A DNA stretch of 64,000 nucleotides from positions 95,941 through 159,940 of the forward strand of contig JAGBTN010000018.1 in assembly GCA_017631315.1 (NCBI GenBank), written 5' to 3'. The notes under the pieces are model-generated. The model searched no databases. It was not told the origin of the DNA and saw nothing but the letters and a program-made list of their open reading frames with translations. The position numbers and the translations under genes were made by a program. Source of the stretch: Bacteroidaceae bacterium (GTDB lineage: Bacteria > Bacteroidota > Bacteroidia > Bacteroidales > Bacteroidaceae). This document shows, piece after piece, positions 16,765 to 29,200 of this stretch. Position 1 is the stretch's first letter, and each line of letters starts with the position of its first letter.

Positions 16765-19272
16765 TTATCGCAACTCGGCTCCAAGCTGTTCGGTGAGGCT
16801 CTTAATGAGGCGTTGCATAACAGCATCGATGGCCTTGTCGTTCAATGTCTTTGTCTCGTCCTGAAGGATGAAGTTCACAGCATAAGACTTCTTGCCGGCG
16901 GGCAAGTTCTTGCCTTCGTAAACATCGAAGAGTTTGACAGCCTTGAGCAGTTTCTTCTCAGCCTGATAGGCAATGCGTTCCACTTCGGCGAAAGGCACAT
17001 TCGCATCGAGCAAAAGGGCAAGGTCACGACTAACGGCAGGGAACTTACTTATCTCCGTGTATGTAACATTCAGACCCTTTATGGCACGAAGCACCTGGTT
17101 CCAGCGGATGTCGGCAAAATAGACAGGTGCATCGATGTTGAATGCCTTAGTCAGTTTGCCGGAAACGATGCCCATCTCGGCCAGTATCTTACCACCTCTG
17201 TTCTGTACGCAAAGGCTTGCACTGTAGATGTCGTTCTTGCCTTCGCAGAAAACAAGTGTGCCAAAGGGAACGCCCAGACGGGCGAAGATGTTCATCACGT
17301 ATGCCTTGAGTTGTGCAAATGAACTGTCTTCGTCGGGGTGTGCCCAACTGCCTCTGACACTTTTACCCGTAAGCCAGAGTCCGAGATGGTAGTCTTCGCT
17401 GTATGCATCGAGTACGTGTTTGATGACTTCAGGGTCGCGGCTGCTGCTTACACCCTGCACGATGTCGGGGCAACGGCGTTCCTTCTGGAAGCGATAGCAA
17501 TTGCCAAACTCGAAGAAACGGAGGTCGGTATTGCGGTAGCTGACGTTGCGTGCAATGCTTTCCAGACCGCCGAAGAGCAGTGTCTGGCGCAGCACGTTAA
17601 GGTCTTGGCTAAGGGGATTGATGAGGCGAACCAGTTCTTCGCTCTTGTAGGACTCAAGCCCATCGTAGTATGCACCACGCTGAAGGCTGTTGTTAAGTAT
17701 TTCGTTGAAGCCACCACCCACAAGCTGTTCGCCAATGATATTCTGTTGTTTATGGCTGAAATCGTGAATAGTCTTGACTGTAAGGCTGCTCTTAAGTGTG
17801 GTGGGTATCTCTATGTTATTATATCCATAGATGCGCAGGATGTCTTCTACAACATCGCAGGGACGTTGCACATCTACTCTGTATGCGGGTACGGTAAGCT
17901 CCAAACCTTCTTCGTTTTCGCTGTCGATGGTCATTTCGAGGCTGGTGACAATGCTCTTGATGGTCTCAGCGGGGAGGTGCTTGCCAATGAGGTTGTCCAC
18001 ATAATCATATTTGAGTGACACTTTGAAGTCGGGCATTGGCTTGGCCTGCACATCTACAATTTGCATGCTTACTTTGGCTCCTGCCAGTTCTCGGGCGAGG
18101 ATGGCGGCCTGTTTCAAGGCATAGATTTGTCCGTGGGGGTCGATGCCTCTTTCGAAGCGGAAGCTGGCATCGGTGTTCAAACCGTGGCGACGTGCGCTCT
18201 TGCGGATGCAGGTGGGGTTGAAGTAGGCACTCTCGAGGAGGACGTTTACTGTGGTGTCGTATGTGCCGCTGCCTTTGCCGCCAAATACGCCGGCAATGCA
18301 CATGGGTTCTTTTGCATTGCAGATGGCGAGGTCTTGGCTGGAGAGTTTATGCTCTACGCCGTCGAGTGTGACAAAGGATGTGCCTTCGGGCAGTGTTTTT
18401 ACGATGACTTGTTTGCCTTCTATCATGTCGGCATCGAAGCAATGCAAAGGTTGGCCATAGGCCATCATGATGTAGTTTGTGATGTCGACGATGTTGTTGA
18501 TGGGGCGGAGTCCGATGGTGCGCAGTTTGTTTTGCAACCATTCGGGGCTTTCTTTTACCTGGCAACCGGTCAGTGTGACTGCAGCATAGCGCGGACAAAG
18601 GTTGGCGTCGTCGATGGTGATGCTGATGGGAAGTGTTTCGTTGTCTATGCTGAAGTTGTCGCAGTTGGGACGTTGGAGGCTTGTTTTATAGCCGTTTTGA
18701 ACGAGCCATGCATAGAGGTCGCGGGCTACGCCATAATGGCTGCAGGCATCGGCACGGTTGGGTGTGATGTCGACTTCGATGAGGTAGTCGCTTTCTATGT
18801 GGTAGTATTCTGCTGCGGGTGTGCCTACTACGGCATCTTCCGGCAGTACGATGATGCCGTTATGGTCTGTGCCGATACCGATTTCGTCTTCGGCGCAGAG
18901 CATGCCGAAGCTTTCCACTCCACGCAATTTACTGCGTTTGATGGTGAAGACTTCATCGCCATCATAGAGTTTTGTGCCTACAACGGCGGCAATTACTTTC
19001 TGTCCGGCTGCTACGTTGGGTGCGCCGCAGACAATCTGCAGGGGTTCTTCCTGGCCGACATTGACAGTGCATACGTGCATGTGGTCGCTGTTGGGGTGTG
19101 CTTCGCAGGTCAGCACTTCTGCCACCCACAAGCCTTCCAGGCCGCCTTTGATTGTTTGTACTTCTTCTACGCTGCCAACTTCGAGGCCGACGCTGGTCAA
19201 TGCTTCTGCAATCTCTTGGGCGCTGAGCGTCGTTTCGACGTATTCTTTAAGCCATTTATATGATATATTCAT
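16765..19272 (-). CDS. pheT: phenylalanine--tRNA ligase beta subunit
   Basis: 835 aa. It starts MNISYKWLKEYV and has the tRNA-binding domain, B3/4, B5 and the C-terminal FDX-ACB-like domain (FDVYEGKNLPAGKKSYAVNFILQD). Confidence 0.95.
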   Translation of the reverse strand: MNISYKWLKEYVETTLSAQEIAEALTSVGLEVGSVEEVQTIKGGLEGLWVAEVLTCEAHPNSDHMHVCTVNVGQEEPLQIVCGAPNVAAGQKVIAAVVGTKLYDGDEVFTIKRSKLRGVESFGMLCAEDEIGIGTDHNGIIVLPEDAVVGTPAAEYYHIESDYLIEVDITPNRADACSHYGVARDLYAWLVQNGYKTSLQRPNCDNFSIDNETLPISITIDDANLCPRYAAVTLTGCQVKESPEWLQNKLRTIGLRPINNIVDITNYIMMAYGQPLHCFDADMIEGKQVIVKTLPEGTSFVTLDGVEHKLSSQDLAICNAKEPMCIAGVFGGKGSGTYDTTVNVLLESAYFNPTCIRKSARRHGLNTDASFRFERGIDPHGQIYALKQAAILARELAGAKVSMQIVDVQAKPMPDFKVSLKYDYVDNLIGKHLPAETIKSIVTSLEMTIDSENEEGLELTVPAYRVDVQRPCDVVEDILRIYGYNNIEIPTTLKSSLTVKTIHDFSHKQQNIIGEQLVGGGFNEILNNSLQRGAYYDGLESYKSEELVRLINPLSQDLNVLRQTLLFGGLESIARNVSYRNTDLRFFEFGNCYRFQKERRCPDIVQGVSSSRDPEVIKHVLDAYSEDYHLGLWLTGKSVRGSWAHPDEDSSFAQLKAYVMNIFARLGVPFGTLVFCEGKNDIYSASLCVQNRGGKILAEMGIVSGKLTKAFNIDAPVYFADIRWNQVLRAIKGLNVTYTEISKFPAVSRDLALLLDANVPFAEVERIAYQAEKKLLKAVKLFDVYEGKNLPAGKKSYAVNFILQDETKTLNDKAIDAVMQRLIKSLTEQLGAELR

Positions 19273-19313
19273 TGCTTTATATCTTTATGCTATGTTTTGA
19301 TTTAAATTGCGTG

Positions 19314-19321
19314 CAAAGGTA
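19314..19321 (-). promoter_or_regulatory. -7 promoter box (TACCTTTG on minus strand) for pheT
   Basis: Plus strand CAAAGGTA, 42 nt upstream of the pheT start at 19272. Confidence 0.6.
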
Positions 19322-19406
19322 CGAAAAATTATCCACAAATCACAATTCTTTGTGCCGTTTTTCGAAATTATTAGTGCAAGATGGGGCTTTTGTGCAGGCG
19401 AAAACG

Positions 19407-19414
19407 TACCTTTG
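19407..19414 (+). promoter_or_regulatory. orphan -7 promoter box TACCTTTG with no annotated downstream gene
   Basis: A perfect TAnnTTTG. The only downstream reading frame is a 29-codon ORF (19423-19512) that runs into repeat locus d. The next gene, cysQ, is convergent. Confidence 0.4.
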
Positions 19415-19503
19415 TGCCTGTTATGAAACGAAAAAAACTTTACAATATTTTAGAAACTCCAGTGCTTAGTTTCTCGATTAAGCCTGAGACGATAGTCGAT
19501 GCT

Positions 19504-19543
19504 CCACGTTAAGTTGCCCGACTTAACACGTTAAGTTGGCAGG
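19504..19543. repeat. 22-bp phased repeat, ACGTTAAGT cores (family locus d)
   Basis: ACGT occurs at 19506 and 19528, 22 bp apart. GTTAAGT (19508-19514) and ACTTAAC (19521-19527) form a perfect inverted pair. Confidence 0.55.
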
Positions 19544-19711
19544 AAACCTTAGCTAAAATGTCCGAAGAGGCGTGGTAAATTTATGCCCAAAACCTGCGTC
19601 ATATTGCAAATAGCCATAGGTGTTCCGCCCTCTTTTGATGTCTCGATTTGGAGCGTAGAAGCACAACTTGCTGGGCATCAGCAAGGAAGAAAATTTGCGA
19701 AAAATAGGGTA

Positions 19712-19736
19712 GCGGAAGCCTTCTTGTGGCTTTCGC
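19712..19736 (-). terminator. hairpin downstream of cysQ
   Basis: GCGGAAGCC (19712-19720) pairs with GGCTTTCGC (19728-19736) at 8 of 9 positions. A T-run follows a few nt later on the minus strand. Confidence 0.4.
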
Positions 19737-19797
19737 GCAAAAATACGCTTTGAATAGCCTTGTTTTAAGGAAAAAACTTTACAGCGTCAGCGCAGGT

Positions 19798-20592
19798 TCA
19801 TCGGACAATGAACCATGGGTTATGCAGGTTCGGCTTGTTGTAAGTCAGTGGTTCCCCAGTCTCGGCATTCACCATCTCACGCCCTGCAGCTCTTGCTATG
19901 GCGTCGCCTGCGGCGGTGTCCCATTCCATCGTTGGGGCAAAACGCGGATAAACATCGGCACTCCCTTCGGCAACAAGGCAGATTTTCAGGCTGCTGCCAC
20001 TGCTCACGAGCCTGATGTCTTCGTGTTCTTGGCGCATCTCCTCAATGAATGTCTCTGTCTCTGGGCTGAGATGCGAACGGCTTGCCACAATGCAGAAAGT
20101 GCTGTCCTGTCTTCCGCCTAATGGGAGGGACTGAATATCTCCGGACTCCATCTTGCATGCCTCTCCTTTAGCAGAGGTCTGTGGAGCAGATTGTCCATCG
20201 ACGATGCCGGTATAAAGCACGTCATTTGCCGGTACGTAGATGACGCCGAGGATGGGGTTTCCGTCTTCCACAAGAGCAATGTTGACGGTAAACTCGCCGT
20301 TCTTCTTGATGAACTCCTTTGTGCCGTCCAGCGGATCGACAATCCAAAGTCTGCGCCATGCCTGTCTCTCTTCGTAGGGAAGATGAGCGCCTTCTTCGCT
20401 AAGGATTGGGATTCCAGTCTGTTGCAGATGTCGTACAATACAATTGTGTGCTGCCTTGTCGGCAAGTGTCAGCGGACTGTTGTCGGCTTTTCGCTCAATG
20501 CCGAAGTCTTGATTGGGGTCGTTGTAGATGCGCATAATAGCCTTTCCGGCATCAAGAGCAGCATCGATTGCAATCTGGAGGAGTTGTTTCAT
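19798..20592 (-). CDS. cysQ: 3'(2'),5'-bisphosphate nucleotidase CysQ
   Basis: 264 aa. The inositol monophosphatase-family motifs WIVDPLDGTKEF and WDTAAGDAIA are present, and the N-terminus is CysQ-like. Confidence 0.85.
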   Translation of the reverse strand: MKQLLQIAIDAALDAGKAIMRIYNDPNQDFGIERKADNSPLTLADKAAHNCIVRHLQQTGIPILSEEGAHLPYEERQAWRRLWIVDPLDGTKEFIKKNGEFTVNIALVEDGNPILGVIYVPANDVLYTGIVDGQSAPQTSAKGEACKMESGDIQSLPLGGRQDSTFCIVASRSHLSPETETFIEEMRQEHEDIRLVSSGSSLKICLVAEGSADVYPRFAPTMEWDTAAGDAIARAAGREMVNAETGEPLTYNKPNLHNPWFIVR

Positions 20593-20596
20593 ACTG

Positions 20597-21193
20597 CTAA
20601 AGCATCTTTAAGGCCAATTTTATAACGCGTTCAACCGGTGCTTCAGGCTCGTCGGTAAGTATCTTCTGCACAGCCTTGTGTGCAGGAGCAGGACTGAAGC
20701 CGAGCATGGTGAGCGCGGCAACAGCCTCGTCCATAACCTCTTTATTTACAACAGGGGAAGCCGGCGCAGTCGGCGATGCTGCTTCAATTCCAAGCGAACC
20801 AATCTTGTCGCGAAGGTCCACAATGATGCGCTGTGCCGCTTTCGGGCCAATGCCTTTCACCGTCTTCAGCATTTTGTCGTTTCCTTCGCTGATGACAGCA
20901 GCCAATTCGGGAACGGTCATAGATGAAAGAATAACACGGCTTGTGCCTGCACCGATGCCGCTTACACTCGTCAGCAAAAGAAACAATTCTCGCTCTGTCC
21001 TTGTGCTGAACCCCCACAACTGGTAGGCATCTTCGCGAATCGATTCGGTTATCCACAGTTTGACCTCCTGCTTGCCTTGAATGGCAGAGAAGGTATTAAG
21101 AGAAATATTTACGCCGTATCCCACTCCGTGACATTCAATAACTGCAAGTGCAGGAGTAAGGTCGGCAAGAGTTCCTTTCAGGTATTCAATCAT
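20597..21193 (-). CDS. ruvA: Holliday junction branch migration protein RuvA
   Basis: I take the start at the internal Met [14 protein letters not shown] (21193). HhH motifs [17 protein letters not shown] and [22 protein letters not shown] are present. Confidence 0.9.
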   Translation of the reverse strand: MIEYLKGTLADLTPALAVIECHGVGYGVNISLNTFSAIQGKQEVKLWITESIREDAYQLWGFSTRTERELFLLLTSVSGIGAGTSRVILSSMTVPELAAVISEGNDKMLKTVKGIGPKAAQRIIVDLRDKIGSLGIEAASPTAPASPVVNKEVMDEAVAALTMLGFSPAPAHKAVQKILTDEPEAPVERVIKLALKML

Positions 21194-21224
21194 ATCGAAT
21201 AGACAACTTGATGACTTTGTGAAG

Positions 21225-21232
21225 CAAAAATA
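21225..21232 (-). promoter_or_regulatory. -7 promoter box (TATTTTTG on minus strand) for ruvA-cysQ
   Basis: Plus strand CAAAAATA, 32 nt upstream of the ruvA start. Confidence 0.5.
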
Positions 21233-21330
21233 CAAAGATTTTACGAATAATGATGCGAAAACAAGAAAAAAGCAGAGAAAAACACATCTTTGTATAATAA
21301 AAAGACACGCGCATACGTTAATAAAAAGAC

Positions 21331-24300
21331 ATGAGCGTGCGAAAAATCATATTAGCCCTTACTCTACTTTTGGGCATCATCATAGTCTCATCCCCACTTC
21401 CGATTTTGGGAAGTGCTCTTAGGGGGGAGGCCTATGTTGCAGATACTGTACCCGAAGGCAAGCCACGCTTTACTGTTCGCAAGACTGGAACACAGGATAC
21501 AAAATCCTTGCGTAAGAAGAGTGCCGACCTGAGAGATCCGGACAACTTGAAAACCGAGGTTATCTACGACGAAAAGGATGACACCTATACCATCGGAACA
21601 TCTCTCGTTGGTTCGGAAGAGTCTGGCAGTGGCAGTAGAGGCCAAGGCGGCAGAAGTGGCAGTTCCAGCAGAAACACAAGTACTCGCAATTCAAGCACAA
21701 CATCAACGCAGGCATCATCAACAGGCGCAGCCGGAGCCTCTTCAGGCAGTATCCTTCCAGGCAGAGCAGGCTTCACACTCGGTACAGCAACAAGTTTCCT
21801 CAATGCCCCATTGCTGATGACACCGGAAGAGTACCAGCATTGGTCGCTGCAAAACAGTTTGCAGCAATATTGGCGTCAAAAGAACGAAGAAGCCTTTGAG
21901 GCAGAAGGAAAAAAGAAGTTTGACTTCACAGATATGCACTTTGACCTTGGACCAGCCGAGAAAATCTTTGGTCCTGGCGGTGTGCAGATTAAGACTCAAG
22001 GCAGTGCAGAACTCAAAGTAGGCGTCAACTCAAAGAACGTGAAGAATCCAGCACTTGCTTCTTCGCGCCGTAAGACCGTAGGTTTTGATTTCGAGGAGAA
22101 AATCAATCTTAGCCTTAATGGCAAGGTGGGCGATAAAATCAACCTGAACCTAAATTACAACACACAAGCCACTTTTGACTACGATGCTCAAAACCTTAAA
22201 CTCAAATACGACGGAAAGGAAGACGAAATAGTTAAGCTTATAGAAGCAGGTAACGTCTCTTTCCCCAGCAATATCAGTCTTGTTCCCGGTGTCAGCAGCC
22301 TTTTTGGCCTTCGAACAGATGTGCAATTTGGTAAACTTAAGATACAATCGGTCGTAAGCCAGAAGAAGAGTGCGACAAACAGCGTCGACAGTAAAGGTGG
22401 TTCGCAGACAACGAATTTTGAGTTCAGCGCTACAAACTATGAAGAGAATCGTCACTTCTTCCTCTCTCATTTCTTCCGCGAGAGGTTCGACAAAAGCATG
22501 GAGTCGTTACCTACTATCTCAAGTGGCATTAATATAAAGCGCGTAGAAATATGGGTAACCAATAAAAGTGGAAAGAGCGAGAACAACCGAAATATCATTG
22601 CATTGGCTGACCTTGGTGAACCGACATACATTTACAATAGTATGTGGACAGGTACAGGAACCAATGTCCCGAGCAACCGTTCGAATAGTGAGTATGATAT
22701 TCTGGTAAATAACTATGCCGATGCGCGCGATATTTCTCAAGCAACGACTATTTTAGATGGTATAGGCGACTTCCAGGGAAGCATAGATTATGAAAAGTTA
22801 CAGGCTGCTCGAAAACTGTCCAGCAGCGAATATACGGTCAACAATGCTTTAGGCTATGTCAGCCTTTCCAGCACATTGCAGGTAGATGACGTCCTTGCGG
22901 TAGCCTACGAGTACACTTATATGGGCACGACTTACCAGGTAGGTGAGTTTGCAAGTGATATTACAGATAATTCAAAAGCACTCTTTGTCAAGCTTCTGAA
23001 GGGTACAACGGGAAGCCCAACTCTCCCAACATGGCGCTTGATGATGAAGAACGTTTATTATCTCGGTACACAAAAAGTACAGAGCGATAAGTTCCGTCTT
23101 GACATCAAGTACCAGAGTGATTCGACAGGTGTTTATCTAAGTTATTTGCCAGAAGAGAAGTTCAAGAACACCATTCTTCTTAGGGCTCTTAATCTTGACA
23201 GACTGGATGCGAAGAACAATCCGCACCCTAACGGACAATTTGACTTTGTGGAGGGATATACTATCAATAAAGGTCGAGTTATCTTTCCCGTAGCAGAGCC
23301 TTTTGGCGAACATCTTGCAAAATGGATTGGCGATCCGGTTTTGGCAGAAAAGTATTGTTTCCCTGAACTCTATGATAGTACCAAGACAGTCGCCAAGCAG
23401 ATAACAGAGCACGACAAGTTCATTTTGACAGGCCGCTTCAAGGGCAATAATGCCGGCGAGATAGACCTTGGTGTAACCAATGTTGCCAGAGGTTCTGTTG
23501 TCGTCACAGCTGGCGGAACAACACTTACAGAGAATGTCGACTATACGGTCGACTACAATATGGGTCGTGTTACCATCATCAATCAAAGTCTCATTGATGC
23601 CGGAACCAACATAAGTGCTTCTGTAGAGAGTAACGACACCTACGGAATGCAGCGAAAGACAATGCTGGGTTTGAATCTGGATTACGAAATTAATAAGAAC
23701 TTCACGATAGGTGGTACCTTGATGTACCTTAGCGAGCAGCCGCTCACTACAAAGGTAAGCATGGGTAACGAGCCTTTGAAAAATACTTTATGGGGTTTCC
23801 ATGTCAGCTGGAAGAAAGAAAGCCAATGGCTAACCAATATCATCGACAAATTGCCTCTCATACAGTGTACCCAACCCAGCTTTATTGCTTTCAATGGTGA
23901 GTTTGCACAGTTAATAGCAGGTCAAAACCATAGTGTACAAGGCGATGCATCTTATTTGGATGACTTCGAAAGCAGTAGTATTAAGAGTACCCTGACGCAA
24001 CCGACGTATTGGAGTATGGCCAGCACTCCGAGTATGTTTGCAGAAAGCAAATTGTCTGGCGATGCTGCATATGGTTACAAACGTTCGCTTTTGGCATGGT
24101 ATTATGTTGACCCCATCTTTACCCGTCGAAGCAGCACACTCACTCCTGGCCATATTAAGAGTGACCTCGACCAGTTGTCCAGTCATTATGTTCGTGAGGT
24201 TTATGAGCGTGAGTTGTATCCGCAGAAATCTCAAAACAATTACAGTACAGCCACAGGCCTCAGTGTCCTGAACCTTGCTTTCTATCCTAAGGAAAGAGGT

Positions 24301-27300
24301 GCATACAATCTTACTACAGATGTCGATCAAAATGGCCATCTCAATCGACCGCGAGAAACTTGGGGTGGCATGATGCGTAAACTTGACAATACGGACTTTG
24401 AAGCACAGAACATCGAGTACATCGAGTTCTGGATGATGGACCCGTTCATCTATAAGCGCAATTTGCCAGGTAACCATGGTGGTGATCTCTATTTTAACCT
24501 CGGCGAGGTATCGGAAGATATTCTTAAAGACGGTAAGAAGTATTTCGAAAGTGGTATGCCTGTAGATGGTAATCCGCAATATTATGTGGATGGATATTGG
24601 GGTCGTATTCCTAACAGCAGCAGCGTGACCTATGCATTTAATAATGAAGCAGGTGCGCGTGCTCGTCAGGATGTCGGTATCAATGGCCTTAATGATGAAG
24701 AAGAACGCGAATTCAGCCTTTATGCAAATTACTTGCAGCAGATACAGAGCAAGGTTTCTCAGGCTGTTTATGATAGTATTTTGGCAGACCCTGCCAATGA
24801 CAACTATCACTATTATCGTGGCACAGACTACGATAATCTGCAAAGATCTATTCTTGATCGTTACAAGCGTATCAATATGCCTCAAGGCAATAGTGCCGAT
24901 TCCGATACGAGTCCGGAAAGTTATGAGACAGCATGGAAGTCAACTCCTGATGTCGAAGATATCAACCAGGACTATACTCTTAACGAATACGAGAAGTATT
25001 ACCAATACAGAGTAAGTATTCGTCCGGAGGATATGGTTGTCGGGCGTAACCATATTGCTGACAAGCGCGTGGCAAGTGTTAAATTGCGAAATGGTAATAC
25101 CGAGGAGTGTACTTGGTATCTTTTCCGTATTCCTTTGCGTGGATACGAAAGCAAGGAAGGAAACATCCGCGACTTTACGAGCATCCGTTTCATGCGTATT
25201 TTTATGACCGGTTTCGAGGAAGAAACAATTTTGCGTCTTGCTACACTTGATCTTGTTCAGGGTGATTGGCGTACTTATCAGCAGCCTCTTTACACTGGCA
25301 ATAATGTTTCCAGCGGTGGCGGAGTTCTAGAAGTAAGTACGGTCAGCATCGAAGAAAACAACGATAAGCAACCGGTCAACTATGTACTCCCTCCAGGCAT
25401 TACTCGTATCACAGACCCGTCGCAGTCGCAGTTGGTAGAATCTAACGAACAGGCCATGTGTATGGTGGCTCGTAATCTTGGCGACAGTGAGGCAAAGGCT
25501 GTATATAAGAACTGTAATTACGATATGCGCCAGTACAAGCATTTGCAAATGTACGTCCATGCAAATGCTTTGGCTGAAAACATTACTGCGACAGCCGATG
25601 GCGAATGTAGCATCTTTATTCGTCTTGGTTCAGACTATAAGAGCAATTATTATGAATACGAAGTACCTTTGAAACTCACGCCGGAAGGGAATTACGACAC
25701 ATACAGTGCTCAAGGCTGTCTGGCTGTCTGGCCATCTGAAAACATGGTGGATATCGATTTCGATATGTTCACATCGCTCAAAAAGCAACGCAACGCACAG
25801 GCAAGTGTAGGAGTTGCTGCCATGAATCGCCTCTTCTCTACTTACGACGAGAATCATCCCAACAATCGTGTCTCCATTATGGGTAATCCTACGTTGGGCG
25901 AGGTGAAGACTATCATGGTTGGTGTGCGTAACAATACCAGCAAGACAAAGAGCATAGAGGTTTGGGTCAACGAACTCCGACTTCAGGAATTCAGCAATAG
26001 TGGCGGTTGGGCAGCGCAAGGCAATTTGCAGGTTCAACTCAGCGATCTTGGTTCTGTCAATGCTTCTGCCAAGATGATCACTTCGGGCTTTGGCGGCATT
26101 GAGCAGAGTGTTGCTCAGCGCAAGAACGAGGACAATCTCAATTACTCTATTACCACGAGTTTCGACTTGGGACGTATCTTGCCAGAGAAGGCAAAACTCA
26201 CTGTGCCTATGTACTATAGTTACAGCAAGGAGAAGGTTTCACCCAAATACAATCCTTTCGATACAGACATGCATTTGGACGATGCACTCGATGCGCTTGC
26301 CAATGAGGAACAACGTGACTCACTGCGTAGTTTGACCAATCACGTAGAGACCAACAAGAATCTTTCTTTCAGTGGTGTCAGACTTAATATCAGCACCCGA
26401 AAGCATCCCATGCCTTACGACCCGGCAAACTTCACATTCGGTTATAGCCGTTCAACTCAACTTACCGAGGGGCAGACAACAGTTTACGAACGAGAACTGA
26501 ACTGGAAGGCAAACGTCAATTATTCGTGGAGTCCCAACTGGAAACCATGGGAACCTTTTAAGAACTTGAAGGGTAAGAGTAAATGGTTGGATATTCTCAA
26601 GGCACAAAACTTGTCCTATGCGCCGCAGAATATCACATTCTCTACCGATATGAGTCGCAACTATTATGAGTTGCAGGAACGTGACCTCGAAAATCCGGGC
26701 GATTTCTCTGCTTTGCCTGCCACCTTCAGCCAGAACTGGACATGGAATCGCAACTTCTCTCTCAAGTGGGATGTATTCAAGTCGTTGCATTTCTCTTTCC
26801 AGAGCGGAACGAGGGCAGAGGTAGAGGAACCATATACGCAGATAAACAAGGATTTGTATCCCGACCGTTACGAAGCATGGAAAGATTCCGTGAAGTGGAG
26901 TCTTCGCAATTTCGGTCGTCCGCTCGATTATAGTCAGAATACACAGATAAGTTACAAGGTACCTTTAGAAAAGATACCTATCTTCGATTGGGTGTCCACC
27001 GATGTCTCCTACAATTCTACCTACTCTTGGAAGCGAGGAGCCGAACGTGCAGGTCGCCCGTCGCTTGGCAATACTATTAACACCCAGCGTACTGTCAATG
27101 TGAATGGCAAGTTCGATTTAGAGAAACTGTACAACCACAGTCCGTTCCTCAAGGAGGCAAACAAACGCTTCTCTGCCTCAAACGCAAAAGCCGGTGCAAA
27201 CCAGAAGCGTATGGAGAAGGAAAAGGAAGACAAGGCTAAAAAGGAGGCTAAGGAGAAAGAAAAGGAAGCCCGGAAGAAGGCGGAACAGGAGGCTATGGAG

Positions 27301-29154
27301 ACAGGCATTCCTCTGGACAGCATATTGGCCAAGAACGAGAAGACACCTTCCAAACAGGGTAATGCTTCGGGCGTCAGCACAAAGAAGAAGGCTGAGAACA
27401 AAGGCTTTGTTCAAGAAATAGTTCTCTATCCGGACTCCGACCTTGTTGTCTCCCACGGACAGAAGTCCAAGCGTGTTCGTGTCACTGCACGAGATAGCAG
27501 CGGCTTTGCCTATAACATAAAGTTCAAGAAGGTCGACGAGAACAGTATTCGCATTGTCAAGACACCGGTCGACACCACAAAGGTACGCTTGAATGTTGTG
27601 GCTTTGCCCAAGGCATCGGAGCAGAAGTGGTATGGTGTGGCACAGGCAGCAGCACGTTTCTTGATGATGTTGCGCAGTGTCAGTGTAAGTTATCGCAACA
27701 CATACAACCTTACTGTCCCTGGCTTCCTGCCGGAGGTAGGCGATATGCTTGGACAGAGGAAGTTAGATGGCATCTTCTCGCCAGGCGTTGCTTTTGCTTT
27801 CGGTTTTGTTGACGACTCTTATCTCGACGATGCCAAGTCGAAGGGCTGGCTCTTGGGCAATGACAGTGTTGCAACGCCTGCCACCATTGCCGGCACAGAG
27901 GATGTGCAGGTGAAGATGACGTTGGAGCCTTTCACAGACCTGAAGATCGACCTCAATATGAGTCGCACCGACAATCGCAACAAGAGCATTCAGTATATGT
28001 ATGGTGCACCGCCAACGCATAGCGGTTCGTTCAACATGACAACCATCAGCATTGGCTCTGCTTTTGCCAGTGGCGGTTCTGCAAGCAACGGATACTTCAG
28101 TAAGACATTCCAGACGTTCCAAAACAATCTGGACAGGTATCAGCAGCGCATCGAGGCCCGTTATCAAGGCATACGTTATCCTGCAGGAACAGGCATGAAC
28201 GGTGTGTTCAATCCCGAGAATGGTACGGTCAACAAGTACAGTGCCGACGTTATGATTCCTGCTTTCCTCGATGCCTATACGGGCAGCAGTTCGCTCGACA
28301 TCTTCCCGTCGCTGCTCAAGATGTTGCCCAACTGGACGGTCAACTACAAGGGACTCAGCAACCTGCCTTGGGTGAGAGATCATTTCAAGAGTGTCAACCT
28401 CACTCATTCCTATAAGAGCATCTATGCCGTGGGTGCCTATCAGTCCTACAGCTCGTGGGTAGAGTGCATGGGCAGTGGCGGATTAGGTTTCATACAGAAT
28501 ACCACAACGGGCTCTTACACACCCAACAGCCTCTTCGACGTAAGCACAGTCAGCATCAACGAGAACTTCTCGCCGCTTTTGGGTATCAATGCTACGCTCA
28601 ACAACAACATGACCTTCAAGGCAGAGTATAGAACCACACGTGTCTTGAATCTGAGCATGACGAGTGCGCAACTGACGGAGACAGGCTCCAAGGACTTCGT
28701 CTTCGGTTGGGGTTACAAGATAAACGACTTCAACATTAGCAGTCTCTTCAGGTCCAAGAAGGCAAGTGAACAGGTTGCTGGCAGGACAAGAACCACCAAG
28801 GGCAAGGGAGCAGGTGCCAACCAAAAAGACGCAGCAGCAAACCAAAGTACAACACAGAGCCGTACAAGCAGAAGTAACAAACAGAAGATTGCCCACGACT
28901 TGAATCTGCGCTTCGACTTCAGCATACGCAACCAGAGTGCCATCAAGCGCGACTTGCAGACCAACCTCTGCGAGGCAACGAGCGGCAATATGGCCATCAA
29001 GACAAGTGCACAGATAGACTACACCCTGAGCCGTATGGTTACGCTGAGCCTCTTCTACGACCGCCAGCGTTCAGAACCGCTCCTTTCCAGCAGCAGTTAT
29101 CCCACCATCACCCAAGACTTCGGCATGACCATGAAGTTCTCGCTGACAAGGTAG
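21331..29154 (+). CDS. sprA: T9SS translocon / gliding-motility cell surface protein SprA
   Basis: 2607 aa, a size matched only by SprA in this phylum. It has a signal peptide and a Ser/Thr/Gly-rich N-terminal linker, and is beta-rich throughout. The divergent ruvA-sprA arrangement is conserved in Bacteroidota, by my recollection. Confidence 0.85.
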   Translation: MSVRKIILALTLLLGIIIVSSPLPILGSALRGEAYVADTVPEGKPRFTVRKTGTQDTKSLRKKSADLRDPDNLKTEVIYDEKDDTYTIGTSLVGSEESGSGSRGQGGRSGSSSRNTSTRNSSTTSTQASSTGAAGASSGSILPGRAGFTLGTATSFLNAPLLMTPEEYQHWSLQNSLQQYWRQKNEEAFEAEGKKKFDFTDMHFDLGPAEKIFGPGGVQIKTQGSAELKVGVNSKNVKNPALASSRRKTVGFDFEEKINLSLNGKVGDKINLNLNYNTQATFDYDAQNLKLKYDGKEDEIVKLIEAGNVSFPSNISLVPGVSSLFGLRTDVQFGKLKIQSVVSQKKSATNSVDSKGGSQTTNFEFSATNYEENRHFFLSHFFRERFDKSMESLPTISSGINIKRVEIWVTNKSGKSENNRNIIALADLGEPTYIYNSMWTGTGTNVPSNRSNSEYDILVNNYADARDISQATTILDGIGDFQGSIDYEKLQAARKLSSSEYTVNNALGYVSLSSTLQVDDVLAVAYEYTYMGTTYQVGEFASDITDNSKALFVKLLKGTTGSPTLPTWRLMMKNVYYLGTQKVQSDKFRLDIKYQSDSTGVYLSYLPEEKFKNTILLRALNLDRLDAKNNPHPNGQFDFVEGYTINKGRVIFPVAEPFGEHLAKWIGDPVLAEKYCFPELYDSTKTVAKQITEHDKFILTGRFKGNNAGEIDLGVTNVARGSVVVTAGGTTLTENVDYTVDYNMGRVTIINQSLIDAGTNISASVESNDTYGMQRKTMLGLNLDYEINKNFTIGGTLMYLSEQPLTTKVSMGNEPLKNTLWGFHVSWKKESQWLTNIIDKLPLIQCTQPSFIAFNGEFAQLIAGQNHSVQGDASYLDDFESSSIKSTLTQPTYWSMASTPSMFAESKLSGDAAYGYKRSLLAWYYVDPIFTRRSSTLTPGHIKSDLDQLSSHYVREVYERELYPQKSQNNYSTATGLSVLNLAFYPKERGAYNLTTDVDQNGHLNRPRETWGGMMRKLDNTDFEAQNIEYIEFWMMDPFIYKRNLPGNHGGDLYFNLGEVSEDILKDGKKYFESGMPVDGNPQYYVDGYWGRIPNSSSVTYAFNNEAGARARQDVGINGLNDEEEREFSLYANYLQQIQSKVSQAVYDSILADPANDNYHYYRGTDYDNLQRSILDRYKRINMPQGNSADSDTSPESYETAWKSTPDVEDINQDYTLNEYEKYYQYRVSIRPEDMVVGRNHIADKRVASVKLRNGNTEECTWYLFRIPLRGYESKEGNIRDFTSIRFMRIFMTGFEEETILRLATLDLVQGDWRTYQQPLYTGNNVSSGGGVLEVSTVSIEENNDKQPVNYVLPPGITRITDPSQSQLVESNEQAMCMVARNLGDSEAKAVYKNCNYDMRQYKHLQMYVHANALAENITATADGECSIFIRLGSDYKSNYYEYEVPLKLTPEGNYDTYSAQGCLAVWPSENMVDIDFDMFTSLKKQRNAQASVGVAAMNRLFSTYDENHPNNRVSIMGNPTLGEVKTIMVGVRNNTSKTKSIEVWVNELRLQEFSNSGGWAAQGNLQVQLSDLGSVNASAKMITSGFGGIEQSVAQRKNEDNLNYSITTSFDLGRILPEKAKLTVPMYYSYSKEKVSPKYNPFDTDMHLDDALDALANEEQRDSLRSLTNHVETNKNLSFSGVRLNISTRKHPMPYDPANFTFGYSRSTQLTEGQTTVYERELNWKANVNYSWSPNWKPWEPFKNLKGKSKWLDILKAQNLSYAPQNITFSTDMSRNYYELQERDLENPGDFSALPATFSQNWTWNRNFSLKWDVFKSLHFSFQSGTRAEVEEPYTQINKDLYPDRYEAWKDSVKWSLRNFGRPLDYSQNTQISYKVPLEKIPIFDWVSTDVSYNSTYSWKRGAERAGRPSLGNTINTQRTVNVNGKFDLEKLYNHSPFLKEANKRFSASNAKAGANQKRMEKEKEDKAKKEAKEKEKEARKKAEQEAMETGIPLDSILAKNEKTPSKQGNASGVSTKKKAENKGFVQEIVLYPDSDLVVSHGQKSKRVRVTARDSSGFAYNIKFKKVDENSIRIVKTPVDTTKVRLNVVALPKASEQKWYGVAQAAARFLMMLRSVSVSYRNTYNLTVPGFLPEVGDMLGQRKLDGIFSPGVAFAFGFVDDSYLDDAKSKGWLLGNDSVATPATIAGTEDVQVKMTLEPFTDLKIDLNMSRTDNRNKSIQYMYGAPPTHSGSFNMTTISIGSAFASGGSASNGYFSKTFQTFQNNLDRYQQRIEARYQGIRYPAGTGMNGVFNPENGTVNKYSADVMIPAFLDAYTGSSSLDIFPSLLKMLPNWTVNYKGLSNLPWVRDHFKSVNLTHSYKSIYAVGAYQSYSSWVECMGSGGLGFIQNTTTGSYTPNSLFDVSTVSINENFSPLLGINATLNNNMTFKAEYRTTRVLNLSMTSAQLTETGSKDFVFGWGYKINDFNISSLFRSKKASEQVAGRTRTTKGKGAGANQKDAAANQSTTQSRTSRSNKQKIAHDLNLRFDFSIRNQSAIKRDLQTNLCEATSGNMAIKTSAQIDYTLSRMVTLSLFYDRQRSEPLLSSSSYPTITQDFGMTMKFSLTR

Positions 29155-29200
29155 CGTATTGATAATGATGAAATGATTTATCCGCCCAATAAATAAACTT

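Noticed and set aside
18061-19263. 400-aa ORF on the plus strand
   Set aside because: It lies entirely antisense to pheT. It is Val/Ala/Gly/Asp-rich, which is typical of a shadow frame opposite a real gene, and has no motifs, promoter box or independent support.
19329-19337. Perfect DnaA box TTATCCACA, possibly marking an origin of replication
   Set aside because: It is a single 9-mer, and about 0.5 such matches are expected by chance in 64 kb on two strands. There is no cluster of boxes, no adjacent AT-rich unwinding element and no dnaA or dnaN nearby.
23911-24885. 324-aa minus-strand ORF, plus many other ORFs of 60-215 aa inside 21331-29154
   Set aside because: All lie inside and antisense or out-of-frame to the continuous 2607-aa sprA reading frame.
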